From the human T2T-CHM13v2.0 reference genome, Homo sapiens, in assembly GCF_009914755.1 (NCBI RefSeq), contig NC_060947.1: 64,000 bases of DNA, one strand, 5' to 3'. The notes beneath the pieces were generated by a model. The model did not search any database. It saw nothing but the letters and a program-made list of their open reading frames with translations, and was not told the DNA's origin. Shown piece after piece: positions 51,580-64,000 of this stretch (positions are counted from its first letter, which is position 1; every line of letters starts with the position of its first letter). Both the position numbers and the translations under genes were made by a program.

Positions 51580-52874
51580 TCTTTTTTTTTTTTTTTTTTT
51601 TTTGAGACAGTCTCGCTTTGCCACCCAGGCTGGAATACAGTGGCGCAATCTCAGCTCACTGCAACCTCCGCCTCTGGGTTCAAGTGATTCTTCTGCCTCA
51701 GTCTCCTGAGTAGCTGGAATTACAGGCATGCACCACCATGCCCAGATAATTTTTGTATTTTTAGTAGAGACAGGGTTTCATCATGTTGGCCAGGCTGGTC
51801 TTGAACTCCTGACCTGAAGTGATCTGCCCGCCTCGGCCTCCCAAATTGCTGGGATGACAGGCGTGAGCCACCGTGCCCGTCCTTGCCGTGGCATCTAAAA
51901 AGGAAATGGTTTCCATCGCAAAACATTTTCTGTGACTTTTGGCTGCAATATTTTGCTTCTTATGCTCTTTTTTTTCCTCATACTTTTCCTCCCCTGACTA
52001 CATTTTCTTTAAATTTTTTCTGTACATTAAAAATATTATTTATATGTTAAGTATAAAGAATATTTCAACCACTCTTCTGTAAATTAAACAAAAAAGAAGC
52101 TGAATTTTCCAACAGTGACATGCAGTACAACAGCATCTCCGCAGACAGACGAGAAAAAAAGTGATCTCTCCCAACAAAAAATGCTGACAGTAAGAAATTA
52201 AGCCCCATGTTTTTATGTGAAAACTCCCAGTTCAAAACCGTACAAACATTGAAAACTCATGTGAAGAAAATTGTCCGCCAAATTCATCTCTATATTTTAT
52301 TTGCTCTTCTTGAGGATAATTTGGAATACAATCAGTCCTCTGCCAGAATAATGTTTATTACTCCATTTATTCCAAAAAGCATGTTAGGAGGCTTTCAGAC
52401 AAAATGGCTTTAATTTGACTTTTAGAACAGAACGGCAACATTCTAGGAATCAGAGCCAGAAGTCAATGCCTTTTATAGTTATCTGTTTTCAAGAGTTGAA
52501 TTTTCCTGGCACAACAGTACTAGAAGATAGAACCCCAGTTGAATGGGCTTTTCATTCTTAGTCCTATGACTTTCTTTTTTTTTTTTTTTTTTTTGAGATG
52601 GAGTCTTGCTCTGTCACCCAGGCTGGAGTGTAGTGGCATGATCTCGGCTTACTGCAACCTCCACCTCCCAGGTTCAAGTGGTTCTCATGCCTCAGCCTCC
52701 TGAGTAGCTGGGATTACAGGCTCATGCCACCATGCCTGGCTAATTTTTGTATTTTTAGTAGAGACAGGGTTTCACCATATTGGCCAGGCTGGTCTCGAAC
52801 TCCTGACCTTGTGATCCACCCGCCTCGGCCTCCCAAAGTGCTGGGATTACAGGTGTAAGCCACTGTTCCCGGCC
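51580..52874 (-). mobile_element. Two minus-strand Alus (51580-51881, 52570-52874)
   Basis: Poly(T) plus reverse dimers; the second has TSD gtcctatgactt / gtcctgtgactt. Confidence 0.93.
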
Positions 52875-53083
52875 CTGTCCTGTGACTTTCAAGGGGGGAC
52901 AGCCCTTGACATGTAATTTTTGTGCTTAATCTATATCCCTGGACTATAGTCCTCTTTTCACCCTTCTATGTCCACTTTCTGCCCTGGGAGTTGATTTTTA
53001 GAGACTGTATCAGAAGGACTCAGCCCTGTGAGTTTCTAAATAGTGTTGGCCGATCTAGGGGACTGAAATTTGACAGTAAAACC

Positions 53084-54855
<1,772 letters not shown>

Positions 54856-55139
54856 ATCTCATTCATACCCTCTAGTCTCCTCTGAGTCCCTCAGGCAGCA
54901 GCACACCCCTCCCAACGGCTGCACCACCTGGTTATGAGCCCAGGCTCCGCATGTCACCCCAGTTCAGCTCTCTGTGGCCGCAAGGCCCAGCACAGAAGCT
55001 CCTGACCATGGCCTCCCCATCCCTGAATGGCCCTTCCCACCATTGCCTGCTTGGACACTGACTGATACGATCCCTTCTCCTTCTCAGGGCTCTGTTCCTT
55101 CCTGCCTTTGCTCACACATCCCCTGTTGTGTGACAGATT

Positions 55140-57792
<2,653 letters not shown>

Positions 57793-58744
57793 TGAAGTTG
57801 ACTTAACATCATTCCCTGTTAAGGAGAGGTAGTTTTATTACATTGAGTAACAAATCTGTCTGCTTCTTTGAAATCAGGGTTAAGCATTAACTAGAACCCA
57901 TGATGGGGTTAAAGTGATGGATGCATAAACACACACACATACACAGACATGCATGCACACCTGCACACACATCAATTAAAATTCGGTTCATTGATTTGCC
58001 GGTGACGAGAACCTGCAAACAGAATGTGCAGGTGTCCTGATCTGACCCTGGAAGAGAGAGAAAGGTTCAAAGATGAGCTCTTTTAGTTTCAAGATATGAG
58101 TCAACTGCCTTGGATTCATTTCCTTGTTTTCTTTTTTTTTTTAATATTAGGGATGTCAATGACTCCTCATAAGATGATGAGGAGAGATAGATGGTATAAA
58201 GTGTATTATAAATGTGATGGTTCTTACTGCCTGCTTAAGGTTCTAGTGCAATAGAATATTAGGGATGTCAGTGATTTCCTCATAAGATGATGAAGAGAGA
58301 AAGATGGCATAAAGTGTATTATAAATGGTGGTTCTTACTGCCTGCTTAAGGTTCTAGTGCAATAAAATATGAGAAATACATGGCTTATAATTCAGGCAGC
58401 TATTAATGTGATCCTGTTGGACTTTTGTCTGCCCATATATGGCCAACCAAGACCGAACAAAGTATATTCCTTAAATGTTGGAAGAATCTGCAAACCACAG
58501 ACTAGCCAGTTTGGTGTTAATCGCCAGAAGATGATTAACCATGGAAATCAAAGCCAGATAAACAGTTTCTGATCATAAACTGAACATGTGTGTGGACCTC
58601 CCCTTTCTCCAGCCCCAAAAAGGATTGCAAAGCCCTTGAGGATGCTTTATCTTGTGTCGCTCAGGGTGCCTAGAAGAGCGTTGAAAACTGGCAAATTCTC
58701 CATAATGTGTGTGTTGGCATGGGGAAGTGGGGACGATGGGAAGC

Positions 58745-60445
<1,701 letters not shown>

Positions 60446-61534
60446 AACAATCAGGCATTTTAGAATTCATATGTAAGCTAACTTTTACCATGTAGCATTC
60501 TCACACATATATAATGTGTGTGTGCATTTATGTGTGTGTGTTTGTGTGTGTGTGCACAGGCAAAAGAGATAGGGAGCTTTATTGCCTAGTGTTTTGTGGT
60601 CAGCTCACTTTTGCCTTGCCTGCATTCAGTTGAGCAGTTAAGCATCTAAAGTACCCAGTCTGTACACTGGGCTGTCTGCCAGGTACCGTGTTAAAAACAA
60701 AGTTGAGCCTGCTCCTAGCTTGTTGGAAAACTCAGATAAACACAAATTAACAGCTCTCCTGTCACATTCTATGTTTTGGAACACCCTAGGATGGCTTTCT
60801 CAGATTCAGCACTGTGACCATCATAGTCAGCACTTGTCATGATCAAGACTCAACCTTAGGTCTTGGATACAGTCCTAACGGGCCACTGGTTCTAACCCAC
60901 AAGGTTGTTTACCTATCTAAGCAGACTTAGGGGTAAACAGGATTCCTGCTTCAAATACAGTATTCTGGGAAGTTGATTCTTTCTTGACTCTGAGCCAAAC
61001 TAAATGCAAGCATAAGCTTCATCAACAAAGTAGTTGTTCATATATTATGCAACTTCCGTAATGCCTTTTAATTTCTTCTGAAGACTCAACCAATGCTACA
61101 GGTAAGAAAATTAAAAAGACACACAGACATAGGATCACACATCAAGTTTTTGCCAAATTAAATTATTGTTTTGAAAATAATTTGCAGCACTGATGGGCAC
61201 ACACCGTAAAATTTCCAATGTATGAACTCTGGGCTACAAGACACTCTTTATCTTTGCCTGCTGTGAACGCTCTGAGGAAAATTCCGGTGGTTTTGAGGCA
61301 GTCACAAGGCAATGTGCTGCATAAGGCCTGGACTCAGAAGCAAAGGGCTCTTGATTTTAATCCCAGCCCACCGCTGACAAGCTCAACGGCCCCAGGATGT
61401 TTCCTCATCAGCAGAGGTGGGCTAATGAATCCAGATCCCCTGTTTCACAGTTGTTCCTCAATGAATGAACACCTAGAAAGTTATACAACAATACAAAAAT
61501 ATCAGGTGGAAATTTACTTGTTTGTAAGTCTGTC

Positions 61535-62330
61535 AATCCATCCATCCACTCACCCTTCCATCTATTCATCCATCTATTTTTCTAGCCACCCGTCCATCCA
61601 TCTATCCATGCACCTATTTATCCATCCATCCAGTTATCCATCCATCTATCCACATATCCATCCACACACCCACCCATCCATCCATTCATGGATACAACCG
61701 TTCATCTACACATCCACCCACCCACCCATTCACCAAACTATTCATCTATCCATCCATTCATGGATACAACCATTCATGTACACATCCACCCACCCACCCA
61801 TTCACCAAACTATTCATCTATCCATCCATCCATCCCTGCATACACCCACTCGTCGATCCATCCACTCATCCATTCACCCACCCATCTACCCATCCATCTG
61901 TCCATCCATCCATCTACCCACCCACCCATCTACCCATTCATCCATCCATCCATTTATTCATCCATCCATACATTCAGCCACCCATTTACTGAAACCTTAT
62001 CTATCATCCATCCAGCCAGCCAGCCATTTATATACCCACCCGTTCATGCATCCATTCACCCACGCACCCATGTGTTTATCCATCCATTCATTCATCCACC
62101 CACATATCCACCTACCCATTCATCCAACCCTCCATCTATTCACCCATTCATCCATCCACCCACCCATCCATCCACTCACCCACCCATTTGTCCATGCATT
62201 CATTCATCCACCCATTTATTTATTCATCTACCCATTTATCTCTCAATCAATCCATGCATCCAGATGTCTGTCCATTTATCCACACATCCACAACCCCCAC
62301 CCATCCACCCATGTGTACTTCCATCCTCCC
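61535..62330. repeat. Degenerate (TCCA)n tract with an internal ~76-bp duplication (~61682-61830)
   Basis: Read directly; explains the 378-aa ORF at 61218-62354. Confidence 0.92.
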
Positions 62331-62429
62331 ACTGACTCAGGAAACTTCATTTGAGCATCTGTACAGCCGACATTGCGTGTGGCTCAGACACCTCTTAACT
62401 GCCTTGGCTGCCCACAAGTACCTCACAGG

Positions 62430-63395
62430 AGGTCTCTGCTATAAATTGGGCTCAGCCCCTGGCAGTGGAGACCAGAAATAAAAAGTGATTTAAATAACAC
62501 TGAAACAAACCTGACTTTTTAAATGGTAAGATTAAAAACGTACTCTTCTGTCCTGTAATGAGGTCAGGAGAGTTGGTCTGGGCCTGGCACAGCTGTCTTG
62601 CAGTGTCACCAGCCACCCTGGCACCTTTGCTCCATATATTCTGCCATTCTTGGAATAGGACCTCTACCCTCTGGAGGACTTCCTGCTCTAAGCTAGCTGC
62701 TGGAACTCCAGACATCACGTCATTATTCCAGGCAGGCCCAGCATGATGCAGAGAAAGCGAAAAGTGGGCTTGTTGGCCACCAGTCCCCCTCTTAAGGGAC
62801 TCCTCAGAAGTTTCACCCAATAACTTTGGTTTACATTGATTTTATTAACCAGAACATAGATTTTTGGTTACACCTAACTGCAAAGGAGAATGAGGATATC
62901 GTCTTTCAGCTGTCACATTGCCAAAATCAGTAAATTCAAGGTCTCTTAATATAAGGGAAGAAAGAAAGGATATAGGATAGGCAACTGTAGTCTCACACGT
63001 GCATGAGGAATGGATGGAAGGATGGTGGACAGGAGCGCGTATGTAAATACTTTTTAGTCTTCTCAGGCTGCCATAATAAAATAGCATAGACTGGGTACTT
63101 AAACAAAAGGAATTTATTTTCTCACAGCTCTGGAGACTGGGAAGTCCAAGATCAAGGGGCTGGTTGGTTCAATTCCTGGTGAGGGCTCTCTTCTTGGTTT
63201 GCTGTGTTCTCACATGGAGGAGAGACAGAGCAAGCATGCCCTCCGATATTTCTTCTTACAAAGGCACTAACTTTCCTGCATAGGGTCCTAACTTTACGAT
63301 TTCATTTAACCTTGATTATTTCCTTGCTGCAAATACAGACACATGGGGAACAGAACTTCAACACACGAATTTGGGGAGTAGATACAACTCTGCTC
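62430..63395 (-). mobile_element. MLT1-type LTR fragments (~62430-62990 and ~63055-63395)
   Basis: atttattttctcacagctctggagactgggaagtccaagatcaagg; ggttacacctaactgcaaaggaga. Confidence 0.7.
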
Positions 63396-63838
63396 ATGGC
63401 ACATATAAGCATGCATACTAAATGTGTGTGTGCATGTGGGTCAATGGAAAGATTGGAAGTCTCATTAATAGCACATATATGCATGCATACTATGTGTGTG
63501 TGCACGTGTGTCTGTATGGAAAGATAGGAAGCCTCATTATCTAAATGCCTAGCCTTTCGGGTGAGCTAATTTTTGTTGTGTATGCATTCAATTGAGTAAT
63601 TAAGCTTCTCAAAGGCTGCCTCTCTTTGTTGGGCTCTCTGCCTGGTGCTGAGGTACAGACAAAGATGTGACTGCTCCACAGCTTATGGGGAGGCTCAGAT
63701 AAACACGAATAAATCTAAATAAACACACATAAATTAAGGCCTATTTAAATAAACACTTGCTGCTCTCAGAAGCAGAGCCACGGCTGTTTGATTTTACTGC
63801 TGTATCCCACAGAGCAGATACTCAAAAAGCTTTGTTGA

Positions 63839-64000
63839 GGCTGGGCATGGTGGCTCCTCCCTGTAATCCTAGGACTTGGGGAGGGCTGAGACTGGGGGAT
63901 CGCTTGAGGTCAGGAGTTTGAGACCAGCCTGGGCAATATAGTGAGACCCTGTCTCTAAAATAAAATAACCTGGGCATGGTGGTGCAGTCCTGTGGTCCCA
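63839..64000 (+). mobile_element. AluJ-like element, cut by the window end
   Basis: ggctgggcatggtggctc...gaccagcctgggcaatatagtgagacc. Confidence 0.88.

Noticed and set aside
61218-62354. Longest ORF (378 aa, His/Pro/Ser/Ile-rich)
   Set aside because: It is open only because the (TCCA)n tract lacks stop codons; no domain is recognisable.

Overview
Primate (human-like), CpG-poor, Alu-dense non-coding DNA. No intact protein-coding gene is present; nearly all listed ORFs come from Alu, L1 or simple repeats. The first ~7.8 kb is a two-unit, ~3.9-kb tandem duplication carrying four small phase-1 exons with canonical splice sites. They translate to CD99/MIC2 exon-5-like (DDPAPLNSPKLKPNANP, YEPAPLNPPKPKPNPNP) and exon-4-like (GDDFDLADALHDKGN) peptides, and the last copy is frameshifted. 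This identifies the window as most probably the 3' part of the CD99P1 (MIC2R) pseudogene and the interval toward CD99 in the pseudoautosomal region PAR1. That assignment rests on recalled CD99 sequence, not a database search. The most unusual structures are: (1) a 4.3-kb minisatellite (9800-14090) whose monomer carries an ETS consensus (ACCAGGAAGTG), often beside GATAA, with a ~340-bp higher-order repeat and an internal templated inversion; (2) an old inverted duplication (7796-8950 vs 25755-27704) starting where the exon array breaks off; (3) a perfect (GGAA)14 microsatellite at 46170-46225. I cannot demonstrate a new biological system from sequence alone. The best testable hypothesis is a repeat-built, ETS-responsive regulatory landscape next to CD99. 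Repeat boundaries and subfamily names were read by eye and are approximate.
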